Below, in pieces: positions 37,401 through 46,559 of a DNA stretch of 64,000 nucleotides. The translations under genes and the position numbers were made by a program. The stretch spans positions 128,001-192,000 of the forward strand of contig CAWHWQ010000004.1 of the NCBI GenBank assembly GCA_963833095.1. Reading direction: 5' to 3'. Numbering within the stretch: the stretch's first letter is position 1; the number at the start of each line of letters is the position of its first letter. Below the pieces are notes generated by a model. The model saw only the letters and a list, made by a program, of their open reading frames with translations. It was not told where the DNA came from and searched no databases. This DNA comes from Vulcanimicrobiota bacterium. GTDB lineage: Bacteria; Vulcanimicrobiota; Vulcanimicrobiia; Vulcanimicrobiales; Vulcanimicrobiaceae.

Positions 37401-38086
37401 GCGAGAACGGACGCGGCTTTGGCTGCTGACTCGATCAGTGTTGTCACCTCGTCGGGATGCGAGACCATTGCGACATGACTCGACGGGACCTCGACGATCG
37501 TCGCATTCATGCGCTTGGCCATCGCGCGCTCAGCGTCGGGTGGAATCGCCTGGTCCTTTGCGGCGACGAGATACCACGACGGAAAGGTCTTCCAGGCCGG
37601 TTCGCCCATCGCGGTACCGAACGCCGCCGCAGCCAACGGCTGCTGTGTCGCGTACATCACGTTGGCCCGCGCTGGATCGACGTCAAACGCAAAGTGCTTG
37701 ACATAGTCGTCCTGCGGAATCCAGGCCATGCCTTGTTTATCGATCGCTAGGTGCGCGATTGCCGGCATCGGCGGGCCGGGTGCCGCTCCCAGCGACTCAC
37801 CTTGGTCGATGCCGAAGGCGGCGATGTAGACCAGACCGCACACGTTTGGTGCATCCTTACCGAGCGCTGTCATGATCTGGCCACCATACGAATGGCCGGC
37901 GACGATCGTCGGGCCGTTCTGCAGCGCGAGCACTTCACGCAGTCGGGCAACGTCGTCGCTCAGCGCGGTCAGCGGAAATTGCGGCGCGGTGACGTTGTAT
38001 CCGGCCGCTTGCAGGCGTTCGATGACGGCGCTCCAACTGGAACCGTCGGCCCACGCTCCGTGGACGAGGACGATGTTAACGGACAT
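37397..38086 (-). CDS. alpha/beta hydrolase
   Basis: VHGAWADG, GHSYGG, D and SSH triad; stop overlaps the ThDP gene start. Confidence 0.9.
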   Translation of the reverse strand: MSVNIVLVHGAWADGSSWSAVIERLQAAGYNVTAPQFPLTALSDDVARLREVLALQNGPTIVAGHSYGGQIMTALGKDAPNVCGLVYIAAFGIDQGESLGAAPGPPMPAIAHLAIDKQGMAWIPQDDYVKHFAFDVDPARANVMYATQQPLAAAAFGTAMGEPAWKTFPSWYLVAAKDQAIPPDAERAMAKRMNATIVEVPSSHVAMVSHPDEVTTLIESAAKAASVLA

Positions 38087-38140
38087 TGCACGTTCCTTTC
38101 GTCAATAGGACGATTGTGGCGCTGCCGGGAAGCGATAGCG

Positions 38141-38156
38141 TCACCCAATTAGGTGA
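38141..38156. promoter_or_regulatory. palindromic box, copy 2 (TCACCCAATTAGGTGA)
   Basis: Minus-strand -10 CACAAT (38118-38113) predicts a TSS at ~38106; box centre at -42.5. Confidence 0.7.
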
Positions 38157-38161
38157 GGCAT

Positions 38162-38533
38162 ATGAACGTAAAGCTCGGCTCCGTTGCGCACTTTTCGCTG
38201 CCTGTACGCGAACCGGTCGCAAGCGCGAAATGGTGGATGACCAACTTCGATCTCGCCGAAGTCCGTGCGTCCGCCGACCGCGTGCTGCTGCGAAATGACA
38301 ACTTCATGCTGGTCCTGTTTCGCGGCGAGCCGCGTCGTGACGCCGGAGAGCACATGGCTTTCAACGTCGCCGACGTCGATGCGCTTACCGAAGCCGGCAT
38401 CGCACTGCTGGCAAAGGGCGTCGAACTCGAAGACGGCGAGAATGCGATCGGGCCGGTGGTGCCGGGATCAAGTAGTCTTGGTTTGTGGTTTCGAGATCCC
38501 GACGGCTACCGGTGGGAGCTCTACGTCCGTTAG
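38162..38533 (+). CDS. VOC/glyoxalase family protein (paralog of 30474)
   Basis: HFSLPVRE, EHMAF and LWFRDPDGYRWEL. Confidence 0.88.
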   Translation: MNVKLGSVAHFSLPVREPVASAKWWMTNFDLAEVRASADRVLLRNDNFMLVLFRGEPRRDAGEHMAFNVADVDALTEAGIALLAKGVELEDGENAIGPVVPGSSSLGLWFRDPDGYRWELYVR

Positions 38534-38671
38534 TTCGGCAAGACGCGCATCTTCATATCTGCGGTTCGCCCTGGGACTGCAACGAATATCAGCCTGGCGA
38601 CCGCGCCGTTTGGACAATGGCGTACGCCCGCTAACCAGGGGATCGATTTCGCTGCCATAACATGATGGGGC

Positions 38672-41398
38672 ATGAAGGCCCAGGTCCCTGACCTCAGGTC
38701 CACACCGCAGCTTCTCGGGCGATTACTCGAACTCGAACAAGCGCGCGACGTGCTCGAAGAGACGGCACGAACCGGCCAAGCCTCAGCGATTCTCATATCC
38801 GGTTCGCCGGGAATCGGCAAGAGCGCCGTGCTCGACCGCATCATTCAAGACGCGCACGAGTCGGGCTACGCTGTCGGGCGCAGCAAGGCCGACGAGGCCG
38901 ATCAGATCGCACCGATGGCGTTGTTGTTGCTCGCGTTGCGCTACGGCACAAATCCGCTCGTGTCTCGGCAGGCCTTCAGCAATCTCGCGCCGTTGCGCGA
39001 TCAACCGCTCTGGCTCATCGACGAGCTGATCGCCATTCTCGAAGAGCGCTCCATGCAAACGCCGATCCTCATCGCACTCGATGACATCCAATGGGCCGAT
39101 CGGCTGACACGCTCGTGCCTGCGATTGATGCCCGCGCGCCTTGCCGGCTCACCCATCGTGTGGGCACTGTCGGTGCGCGTCGGCGACCGATCGTTGGTGG
39201 AAGTTCGCGAAACGCTCGCGCGCGATCTCATGCGCGTCGAGGAGCTAGCGTTGGCACCGCTCGATGAGCAAACGATTGAAGAGATCGCAAACGTCTATCT
39301 TGGCGAACCGCCGGATGCTCGGACGCGAGACCTCTTGAGGAATGCAGGCGGTAATCCGTTCCTTGCGGTGCAGTTGTTGTACGGCCCTCAGCGCCTTCGC
39401 GAGAGCGTCCAGCAGCGCGTTGAAGCCTTGGGACAAGCCGCTGTCGCTCTGGTTCGGTTCGCGGCCGTGTTGGGTCGTCCGTTTACGTTCACGGATGCCG
39501 CGGCGATCCTCGAGGACGCTTCTTCTCACACAATACTCGCTTCGCTCGAAGCAACGGTGCGAGCTGACATTTTCGTTGAGGACGCGACAACGGTCGCATT
39601 CAAACACGATTTGCTTCGCCAGGCAATCTACGAAGAGACCCCTCCCTCGCAGCGTCTGGCGCTGCACCGCGCGATCGCGGCGCATCTTTTGGAAACAGCC
39701 GGCCCCATCGACGCGACCTCGCACGTCCTCGCAAGCGCCAGCGTCGCCGACCGCGGTGCGGCCGACGTCGTGGCGCGCGCGGCGACAGCGGTGCTTTCGG
39801 CGACGCCCGCGGTCGCCGCCGAACTCGTGATAAAGGCGTTCGCCTTGATTCTTCCCTCCGACCCGAATTGGCTCGACGTCGGTCTCACGGCACTTTCGAT
39901 TCTCGTCAAGGCGCGGCGCCCACGCGAAGCCGTCGCATTGGCCGATCAACTGCTTGCCGCAGAACCAGGCAACACCGTGCACGCGGAAATCCAGAGTTAC
40001 GCGGCACGCGCGCTGTGGGAGATGGGTTACGCCCGGCAAATCGTCGCGCGAGCCGACGAGGCGCTTGCACTCGGCGGCCTGTCTGGTTCGTCGCGAGCAG
40101 AGTTGCTTGCTCACCGCGCGATCGGGTTAGGGCGCACCGGAAGCTACGAAATGGCGATTGCCGCGGGGCAGGAAGCGCTTGAAGAAAGTCGCCGCGAGAA
40201 TAACGCCGATGCGACAACGCTTGCGCTGCGCGCCTTGACCGACGCCTCGACCAGCGACGGACGCTACGTCGATGCCTTGCAGTACGTTCGCGAGATCGAT
40301 TCCGCCGAGGATACAATTGGCACGATCTGCCAAGAAGTCATGCTGTTGCAGCAGCTCGACCGATACGATGAGGGACGAGCCCTGCTCGCGCGCGGCTACG
40401 CGCTCGCCGAAGGAAGCGCCCCGGTCTCGGACCTTGTGCTCGCTCAGCTCTGGCTCGAGTACACGACGGCAAACTTTCAGGACGCTGAAGCCTTAGCGCT
40501 CACGCTGGTTCGCGAGTGCGACGAGGTTCACGAGAAGACGTACGAAGTCGAAGGACGCCTGTTGCTTGCGCGAGTCGCTCAAGCGCGCGGTGACTACGTG
40601 GCCTCGCATCGCCACCTCGAGCTTGCCGCTGAAGACGACAACAATGCGACCTCCGATGATACGCGCCGGATGCTGCGACTCGTCGCGAACGCGTGGTTGT
40701 GCGAAGCGGAAGACGACGTCGTCGGGGCGCTCGCGTGCGTGCGTGAAGTCGTGCACTCCGAACGCGGTGTGCGTCATCGGTGGCGCTGGCAGAGCGGCTG
40801 GCTGGCGCTCGCGGCGCGTTGCGCGGCGCTCGGCGGCGACGCCGAACTTGGGCGCGAACTCGCCGCTTCGGCGACCGCGCTTGGCGAGCGGAATCCGAAT
40901 GTTGCGTCGATCGTCGGAATCGGGCACTACGCTCGCGGACTTGCTACGGCGGATCTCGCCGCGCTCGAACGCGCGATGGAAACGTTTCAATCAAGCCCCC
41001 GCCCCACGATGCTCGCCGATGCGCAAGCAGACTACGGGCGCGAGCTGTTGCGACGGGGCCAACGTCGCCTTGGCGTCGCCGCGCTCAAAGAGGCCCTGCA
41101 GCGATTCGAGTCGGTTGGCGCCTTCAGCGATGCCGAACGCGCGCAACGCTCGCTGCTCGCGGCCGGCGTCCGGATGCACAAGCCACCGGCCCCGAGGGCC
41201 GTCGAGGGCTGGGCATCGCTGACGAAGACGGAGCGGCGCGTAGCGCGTCTCATCGCTGACGGGCACACGAACCGCTCGGCCGCCAAGGAGTTGGCCCTCT
41301 CGCCCAACACCGTTGCGACCCACTTACGCAGCGTCTTCGGGAAGCTCGCGGTGAACTCGCGCGTTCAGCTTGCGCGCGCGATGATGAACCTCACCTAA
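38672..41398 (+). CDS. LAL-type regulator (AAA/STAND ATPase + helical repeats + LuxR HTH)
   Basis: Walker A GSPGIGKS, Walker B IALDDIQW, GGNPF; LTKTERRVARLIADGHTN...TVATHLRSVFGKL. Confidence 0.92.
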   Translation: MKAQVPDLRSTPQLLGRLLELEQARDVLEETARTGQASAILISGSPGIGKSAVLDRIIQDAHESGYAVGRSKADEADQIAPMALLLLALRYGTNPLVSRQAFSNLAPLRDQPLWLIDELIAILEERSMQTPILIALDDIQWADRLTRSCLRLMPARLAGSPIVWALSVRVGDRSLVEVRETLARDLMRVEELALAPLDEQTIEEIANVYLGEPPDARTRDLLRNAGGNPFLAVQLLYGPQRLRESVQQRVEALGQAAVALVRFAAVLGRPFTFTDAAAILEDASSHTILASLEATVRADIFVEDATTVAFKHDLLRQAIYEETPPSQRLALHRAIAAHLLETAGPIDATSHVLASASVADRGAADVVARAATAVLSATPAVAAELVIKAFALILPSDPNWLDVGLTALSILVKARRPREAVALADQLLAAEPGNTVHAEIQSYAARALWEMGYARQIVARADEALALGGLSGSSRAELLAHRAIGLGRTGSYEMAIAAGQEALEESRRENNADATTLALRALTDASTSDGRYVDALQYVREIDSAEDTIGTICQEVMLLQQLDRYDEGRALLARGYALAEGSAPVSDLVLAQLWLEYTTANFQDAEALALTLVRECDEVHEKTYEVEGRLLLARVAQARGDYVASHRHLELAAEDDNNATSDDTRRMLRLVANAWLCEAEDDVVGALACVREVVHSERGVRHRWRWQSGWLALAARCAALGGDAELGRELAASATALGERNPNVASIVGIGHYARGLATADLAALERAMETFQSSPRPTMLADAQADYGRELLRRGQRRLGVAALKEALQRFESVGAFSDAERAQRSLLAAGVRMHKPPAPRAVEGWASLTKTERRVARLIADGHTNRSAAKELALSPNTVATHLRSVFGKLAVNSRVQLARAMMNLT

Positions 41399-41406
41399 AT
41401 AGGTGA
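41391..41406. promoter_or_regulatory. palindromic box, copy 3 (TCACCTAAATAGGTGA, perfect 7-bp arms)
   Basis: TG-A-TAGCGT -10 at 41429-41434; ATG 41441 is the predicted TSS; centre at -42.5. Confidence 0.72.
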
Positions 41407-41440
41407 GTCGCCGTGCGCCACGCGGTGATAGCGTAGCGCC

Positions 41441-41842
41441 ATGATGCCCGGAAAGTTCTGGGAGGACATCGTCCGGAACAGCACGCCCGAACAGTTCGCT
41501 GCTGCCTTCACGCCGACGGCAACGCTCGAGACCGCTGTAACCAACATGCCGATCGAAGGCGCCGCTGCGATCCGGGTTTTCATGCTCGCTGCAGCGGCCG
41601 TATATGAGCGTCTCGCCTTTTCCAGCGAGACGCGCGGCGAGGGGGTCATCTACCTCGAGTGGGACGGTGTTGCGTTCGGCGAGCCGGTTGCCGGCATCAC
41701 GGCATTTCATCACAATGCGGCCGGTGAGTTCGAGGCTATCCTCCTCCAACACCGCCGGCTATGCACGATCGTGCGTTTCGCCCGCGAGCTCGCAAAAAAG
41801 CTGGACGGTCAATTCCCCACCGATCTCTTCGCACTCGAGTAA
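41441..41842 (+). CDS. SnoaL/NTF2-like protein
   Basis: FAAAFTPTATLE...IEGAAAIR...YLEWDG...GITAF...GEFEAI pattern. Confidence 0.75.
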   Translation: MMPGKFWEDIVRNSTPEQFAAAFTPTATLETAVTNMPIEGAAAIRVFMLAAAAVYERLAFSSETRGEGVIYLEWDGVAFGEPVAGITAFHHNAAGEFEAILLQHRRLCTIVRFARELAKKLDGQFPTDLFALE

Positions 41843-41855
41843 AAGGAACATAACC

Positions 41856-42275
41856 ATGCCTATGATCGACGTCACCGCCGCCGCGGGAACATTCACAAAG
41901 AAACACGATCTCGCGCAAGCCTTGGCCGAATGCATGATGCGCTGGGAAAAAGTTCCGCCGATTGCATTGTTCAAAGACAACACCGCCGCATTCATTCACG
42001 ATCTGCCGCCCGATGCGCTATCGAACGCAGCCGGCGCTTCGAACTACGTCCGCGTCAACGTGCTTACTCCAACCGGCGTGCTCGATCGCGATAAAAAGCT
42101 CGGCGTGGTCAAAGAGATGACCGATATCGTCGCCGCGGCGGCCGGCGACCCGACGCTCGTGGAACGCACGTGGGTACTCATCTCCGAAGCACCGGACGGC
42201 GGCTGGGGGATCGACGGCCACGCTTACACGAACGCCGAGATCGGCGAGCGTGCCCGCAAAGACCTCGGGAAATAG
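41856..42275 (+). CDS. tautomerase superfamily protein (double beta-alpha-beta)
   Basis: AAGGA RBS; MPMIDV (Pro-1 after Met removal); TWVLISEAPDGGWGI. Confidence 0.82.
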   Translation: MPMIDVTAAAGTFTKKHDLAQALAECMMRWEKVPPIALFKDNTAAFIHDLPPDALSNAAGASNYVRVNVLTPTGVLDRDKKLGVVKEMTDIVAAAAGDPTLVERTWVLISEAPDGGWGIDGHAYTNAEIGERARKDLGK

Positions 42276-42368
42276 TTTGTCATGCCGAGCGCGCAGCGCT
42301 TTGTCATGCCGAGCGCGCAGCGCTTTGTCATCCCGAGCGTAGCGAACGAAGTGCGCGCAGTCGAGGGA
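42276..42368 (+). repeat. tandem partial REPs (2 x 24 bp) plus a full REP with inserted loop
   Basis: TTTGTCATGCCGAGCGCGCAGCGC x2, then TTTGTCATCCCGAGCGTAGCGAACGAAGTGCGCGCAGTCGAGGGA. Confidence 0.85.
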
Positions 42369-42445
42369 TTGCGGGCGGATGGCCTACAACGCAAGATTCA
42401 GTTGCGACCACAAGACGTCTTTATCAATCTGGTCCGCAATACGCG

Positions 42446-43196
42446 TCACGCTGAACAGATAAACTGCGCGGCGCGCTCGACAACTGCGGGATCCTTGAGG
42501 ATGCGCATGTGCCCCAAGACCGTCGACGGTGAGAAACTCGCTCCCGCGCCAAGCGGCGGCGACCCTGCGCGCGCCTTCGATCTTGCAAGTGCGATCATCT
42601 TGCGAATGCACGATGAGCGCCGGGGTGTCGAATGCGGACACATTCTCCGGCATAACCAGCGATGTCGTGTCCACACCGCGCGCTCGAAGCGTGTCGATGA
42701 GGCGTTCGGCGTCGACGCCTTCTTCTTGCGCGAACCAGCGCACGTAGCGCTCCCATCGCTCCGGCGTCGCAATGAGCGCGACGCGCTGCACGCGTAACCC
42801 GCCCCGCATCGCGATCGCGATCGAGGGACAGCCGCCCGAATGTCCGATCGCGCCGAGTAGTGGTCCGACGTGCGCGCCGAGCTCCCCGATCGCCCCGCCG
42901 CAATCTAGTGGTGACGCGGTCACGCCGCCGCTTTCGCCGTGGGCGGGCAGATCGACACTGATAACGCGCGCACCGCGTGCCAGCAGCGGCGCAACGAAGG
43001 CATCCATCTGCGCGTGCCAGCCTTCCCAGCCGTGAATCAACAGCACCGCCGGGCCCGAACCGCTCGTCCAATACGCGATTGGACCGTGCGGAGTATCCAG
43101 TGTTTCGCGCGATTCCCACCGCACGGTCGATGCTGCCGGCTCGCCGCGCGCAGGTGTGAGCAAGGCATCTGCGATGCGCTCAAGTTCGACGCTTAT
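42446..43196 (-). pseudogene. alpha/beta hydrolase with ATA in place of the start codon and a +1 frameshift (~42513)
   Basis: LIHGWEG, GHSGG, HSQDD; an extra G in GGGG displaces GLGHMRILKD. Confidence 0.72.
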
Positions 43197-43660
43197 GAGA
43201 GTTGCTTCTCCATGAAGTAACTGGTCTTGATCGCGCTTGCCGGCAGCGACGCATATGGTTCGAAGGCGCGGCATGGCACGAAACCGTGACGGCGATAGAA
43301 CCCGATGGCGGCCGGCTGATGGACGCCGGTCTCGAGGCGCACCATGCGCAGTCCCGCACTGCGCGCTTCGTTTTCCAGTCGTTCGATAATCGCGTCGGCG
43401 ACGCCGTCGCCGCGGGCAGCGGCGCGCACGTACATGCGTTTGAGCTCCGCGTAGTCGCTGAAAAACGCGACACCGCCGCACCCGACGGCTTGGCCGTCCA
43501 GGCGCGCGATGAAAAACCGCACCAAGGGCTGGAAGATGGCGTCGATCGTCAGTCCGTGGCGCTGCTCGGTCGTGTAGGTTCCCGCAAGCTCGGCGTCAAG
43601 CTCGCCGATGAGGGCATGCACATCGTCAGTAGGTGTAAGGACCTGCTCAATTACTGTCAT
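43193..43660 (-). CDS. GNAT N-acetyltransferase
   Basis: AELKRMYV..ARGDGVA, RLETGVHQPAAIGFYRRHGF; AAGGA RBS. Confidence 0.9.
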   Translation of the reverse strand: MTVIEQVLTPTDDVHALIGELDAELAGTYTTEQRHGLTIDAIFQPLVRFFIARLDGQAVGCGGVAFFSDYAELKRMYVRAAARGDGVADAIIERLENEARSAGLRMVRLETGVHQPAAIGFYRRHGFVPCRAFEPYASLPASAIKTSYFMEKQLS

Positions 43661-43679
43661 CGTGGTTTCCTTCGACACC

Positions 43680-43714
43680 TTGCCATGATGACCATTTATA
43701 GTCATAATATAGTC
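43680..43714 (+). promoter_or_regulatory. vapBC promoter/operator
   Basis: TTGCCA-17 nt-CATAAT-6 nt-ATG; palindrome ATGAC-N8-GTCAT at 43688-43705. Confidence 0.65.
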
Positions 43715-43978
43715 ATGAGACAGGTTGGGATCGCCGAATTGAAGGCGCGGTTGAGCGAGTACCTCCGAGCAGTTCGCAGGGGCGAGACCATATCCGTGTT
43801 GGATCGCGAAACGCCCATCGCGCGTATCGTGCCCGCGACCGAACGGACCACGCTTCATGTCCGCAAGACCGCAGCTAACGCTCCTGCGCTCAATCGCGTG
43901 CCGCTGCCCGGTAGGCCGTTGAAGCTGGGCGTTGATATCGTTGACCTGCTCCTCGAAGAGCGCCAGGGATCGCGTTGA
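43715..43978 (+). CDS. vapB: Phd/YefM family antitoxin
   Basis: MRQVGIAELKARLSEYLRAVRRGETI.V.DRETPIARIVP. Confidence 0.9.
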   Translation: MRQVGIAELKARLSEYLRAVRRGETISVLDRETPIARIVPATERTTLHVRKTAANAPALNRVPLPGRPLKLGVDIVDLLLEERQGSR

Positions 43979-44391
43979 TCGCCTATATCGACGCATCCGT
44001 GCTCCTGCGCGTCGCCCTCGAACAGCCCAATGCGCTGAGCGAGTGGGCCCAAATCGAGCGAGGCGTGTCAAGCGCGCTTCTGAGCACCGAGTGCTTGCGC
44101 ACGCTCGACCGGCTGCGACTGCGTACTCGCATAGACGATACGGAGATAGCGCTGCGCCGCTCGACGATTCTGAATCTCATTGCATCGATCGAACTCGTCG
44201 ACATCGACGGCTCCGTTCTTCAACGCGCCGCGCAACCGATGCCGACCGAACTCGGTACACTGGATGCAATCCACCTGGCGACCGCGCTTCTTTGGAATGA
44301 GACCAAAGGAACGCGCCTGACGGTAGCAACGCACGATAGTGCGCTGGGGATCGCCGCTCGCGCGCACGGCATGGCGGTAGTCGGCACCTAG
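43975..44391 (+). CDS. vapC: PIN domain toxin
   Basis: YIDASVLL, TE, LGTLDAIHLATA, THD. Confidence 0.9.
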   Translation: MIAYIDASVLLRVALEQPNALSEWAQIERGVSSALLSTECLRTLDRLRLRTRIDDTEIALRRSTILNLIASIELVDIDGSVLQRAAQPMPTELGTLDAIHLATALLWNETKGTRLTVATHDSALGIAARAHGMAVVGT

Positions 44392-44446
44392 AAATGTGCA
44401 GTTTTTCTGGCTAGACCCGTGCTACGGCATTGGCTACCTTGACCCC

Positions 44447-45754
44447 ATGTCGAACAATTTCTTCAATCGTCGTGGCTTTATCGGCACCGCCGCCGCCGCG
44501 GTTGCCGCCGCTCCGCTCGGCCTCTCGGCGCAAACACCCACGAGCAGCTCCGCAATTCGCCCCTTCCATGTGAGCTTTCCGGATTCGACCCTTGACGATA
44601 TGCGCAAGCGCATCAAGGCGACACGATGGCCCGACCGCGAGACCGTGAGCGATGATACGCAAGGCGTTCCGCTAGCGATGATTCAGGGGCTCGCCGCCTA
44701 TTGGGCAACCGACTACGACTGGCGCAAGTGCGAGGCGAGGCTCAACGCGCTGCCCGAATTCATCACGACGATCAACGGGGTCGACATCCACTTCATCCAC
44801 GTGAAGTCCAGACACACACACGCGCTGCCGCTCATCGTCACGCACGGATGGCCCGGTTCGATCATCGAACAACTCAAGATCATCGGGCCGCTCACCGATC
44901 CGACCGCCCACGGTGGCAGTGCATCGGATGCATTCCACGTCGTTATTCCCTCGATACCCGGTTACGGGTTCTCGGGAAAGCCGCGTTCGCCCGAGTGGGA
45001 CACCGCCGCGACCGCGCGCGCCTGGGCCGTGTTGATGCAGCGCCTTGGCTATACGCGCTACGTTGCGCAAGGCGGCGACCTCGGTTCGGTGGTGACGACA
45101 TTGATGGGCAAACAAGAGCCGCCCGGACTACTCGCGATCAACACCAGCTTGCCCGCGACCGTTCCGCCGGCGATTGCAAAGTCACTCAACTGCGGCGACC
45201 CTGCGCCGGCAACGCTCTCCGTCGACGAAAAGCAAGCCTACCAGCAATTGCAACTCTTATATGGAAAGCAGTTCGCTTACGCGGCGATCCAGCACACGCG
45301 TCCACAAACGCTCTACGGCATCGCCGATTCCCCGATCGGCCTCGCAGCCTGGCTGCTCGATCATGGCGACGGTTGGAACCAACCGGCGGCAGCCGTTATT
45401 TCCGCGGTGGCGGGACACACCGTCGACGGACATAGCGCCGGTGCACTAACGCGCGACGACGTCCTCGACAACATCACGCTGTATTGGCTGACCAATACTG
45501 GGGTCTCCGCGGCGCGCTCGTATTGGCTCAATAAAACCAGCCCATTCAACGCCGCTAACGTCTCGCTCGCGACGGCCGCCATCGTCTTCCCGGGCGAAAT
45601 CTACTTAGCGCCGCGCAGTTGGACCGAACAAGCATTTACCAAACTCATCTACTACAGCCGCGCGAGCGCCGGCGGCCACTTTGCCGCGTGGGAACAGCCG
45701 CAAGTCTTTTCGCAAGAGGTTCGCGCGGGCTTTAGGTCACTTCGGACGACATGA
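44447..45754 (+). CDS. epoxide hydrolase with Tat signal
   Basis: NRRGFIG; EHN N-domain; HGWPGS, QGGDLG and GGHFAAWEQP. Confidence 0.9.
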   Translation: MSNNFFNRRGFIGTAAAAVAAAPLGLSAQTPTSSSAIRPFHVSFPDSTLDDMRKRIKATRWPDRETVSDDTQGVPLAMIQGLAAYWATDYDWRKCEARLNALPEFITTINGVDIHFIHVKSRHTHALPLIVTHGWPGSIIEQLKIIGPLTDPTAHGGSASDAFHVVIPSIPGYGFSGKPRSPEWDTAATARAWAVLMQRLGYTRYVAQGGDLGSVVTTLMGKQEPPGLLAINTSLPATVPPAIAKSLNCGDPAPATLSVDEKQAYQQLQLLYGKQFAYAAIQHTRPQTLYGIADSPIGLAAWLLDHGDGWNQPAAAVISAVAGHTVDGHSAGALTRDDVLDNITLYWLTNTGVSAARSYWLNKTSPFNAANVSLATAAIVFPGEIYLAPRSWTEQAFTKLIYYSRASAGGHFAAWEQPQVFSQEVRAGFRSLRTT

Positions 45755-45816
45755 CCGCACGCGATGTCGTCGGCCCTGCACCGGTTGAGCCGCTGACCAC
45801 GCCGGAACCGCCAACC

Positions 45817-45907
45817 TGTCACCCTGAGCTTGTCTCTGTCACCCTGAGCCTGTCGAAGGGCGCGAGCGTGTCATCCTGAGGTGTGAGCGTTAGCGAGCCT
45901 CGAAGGA
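45817..45907 (+). repeat. REP cluster
   Basis: TGTCACCCTGAGCTTGTC, TGTCACCCTGAGCCTGTCGAAGGG and TGTCATCCTGAGG..CCTCGAAGGA. Confidence 0.8.
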
Positions 45908-45990
45908 CGAGGGGCCGCGATAATCAATTGCAGCCGCGGTAGCGTTCTTCACAGCGCGCTGATGACGTGGCTCCATGCTTGGACCCGAAT

Positions 45991-46530
45991 TTAGACTACG
46001 GCGGGTTCGCCGGACCACTTTTGCATTTTAGTTAGGTAGCCGACCAAACCGACCGCATCATCCGCCGCGATGCGACCGATCGCGCCGCTCGAATACACGA
46101 CCAGCGCGATATCGCCGTCGGGATCGATGATAAATCCCGTCGAGTTGATGTACGTCCCGTGCGCGTCCGTAGATGAGTAGGCGCCGAATCTCGCGGCGAC
46201 ATCGGTTGCGTCTGCGCCGTAAAGAACCGGGTACGTCAAATGAGAACGCTCGACGGTCTTTGACGCATCGCTTTGCGAATCGACCGAGATGGCGACGACT
46301 CGGGCGCCAAGCTTCTCCAGGCCTTCCAGTTTTCGCTGGAATCCGCTGAGTTGCGCATTACAAAATGGGCACCAGTCGCCACGATAAAACAGCACGGCGC
46401 CCCACGCGCCCTTCAAATATTGCGATAGGATCGTCGTTCCACCCCCAACGCGAGGCAGCGTCAAATCCGGCAACGCGTCCCCGTTCTTCAAGCGCCGCGC
46501 AGACAATTCCATCAATTTATTATTCTCCAT
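45991..46530 (-). CDS. peroxiredoxin-like AhpC/TSA family protein
   Basis: FYRGDWCPFC, VVAISVD and FIIDPDG. Confidence 0.88.
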   Translation of the reverse strand: MENNKLMELSARRLKNGDALPDLTLPRVGGGTTILSQYLKGAWGAVLFYRGDWCPFCNAQLSGFQRKLEGLEKLGARVVAISVDSQSDASKTVERSHLTYPVLYGADATDVAARFGAYSSTDAHGTYINSTGFIIDPDGDIALVVYSSGAIGRIAADDAVGLVGYLTKMQKWSGEPAVV

Positions 46531-46559
46531 ATGAATGATTTTGTGCCAATGAGTTTAGA

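Noticed and set aside
38087..38161. TPP riboswitch ahead of the ThDP operon
   Set aside because: Region too short, and no CTGAGA...ACCTG core seen
42276..42368. CRISPR or coding repeat (ORF 42282..42797)
   Set aside because: Spacer-less tandem of REP halves; the ORF is a REP read-through antisense to a hydrolase
43661..44071. Long N-terminal extension of the GNAT ORF, and the extension of vapB back to 43202
   Set aside because: Antisense overlap with real genes; RBS and promoter support starts at 43660 and 43715
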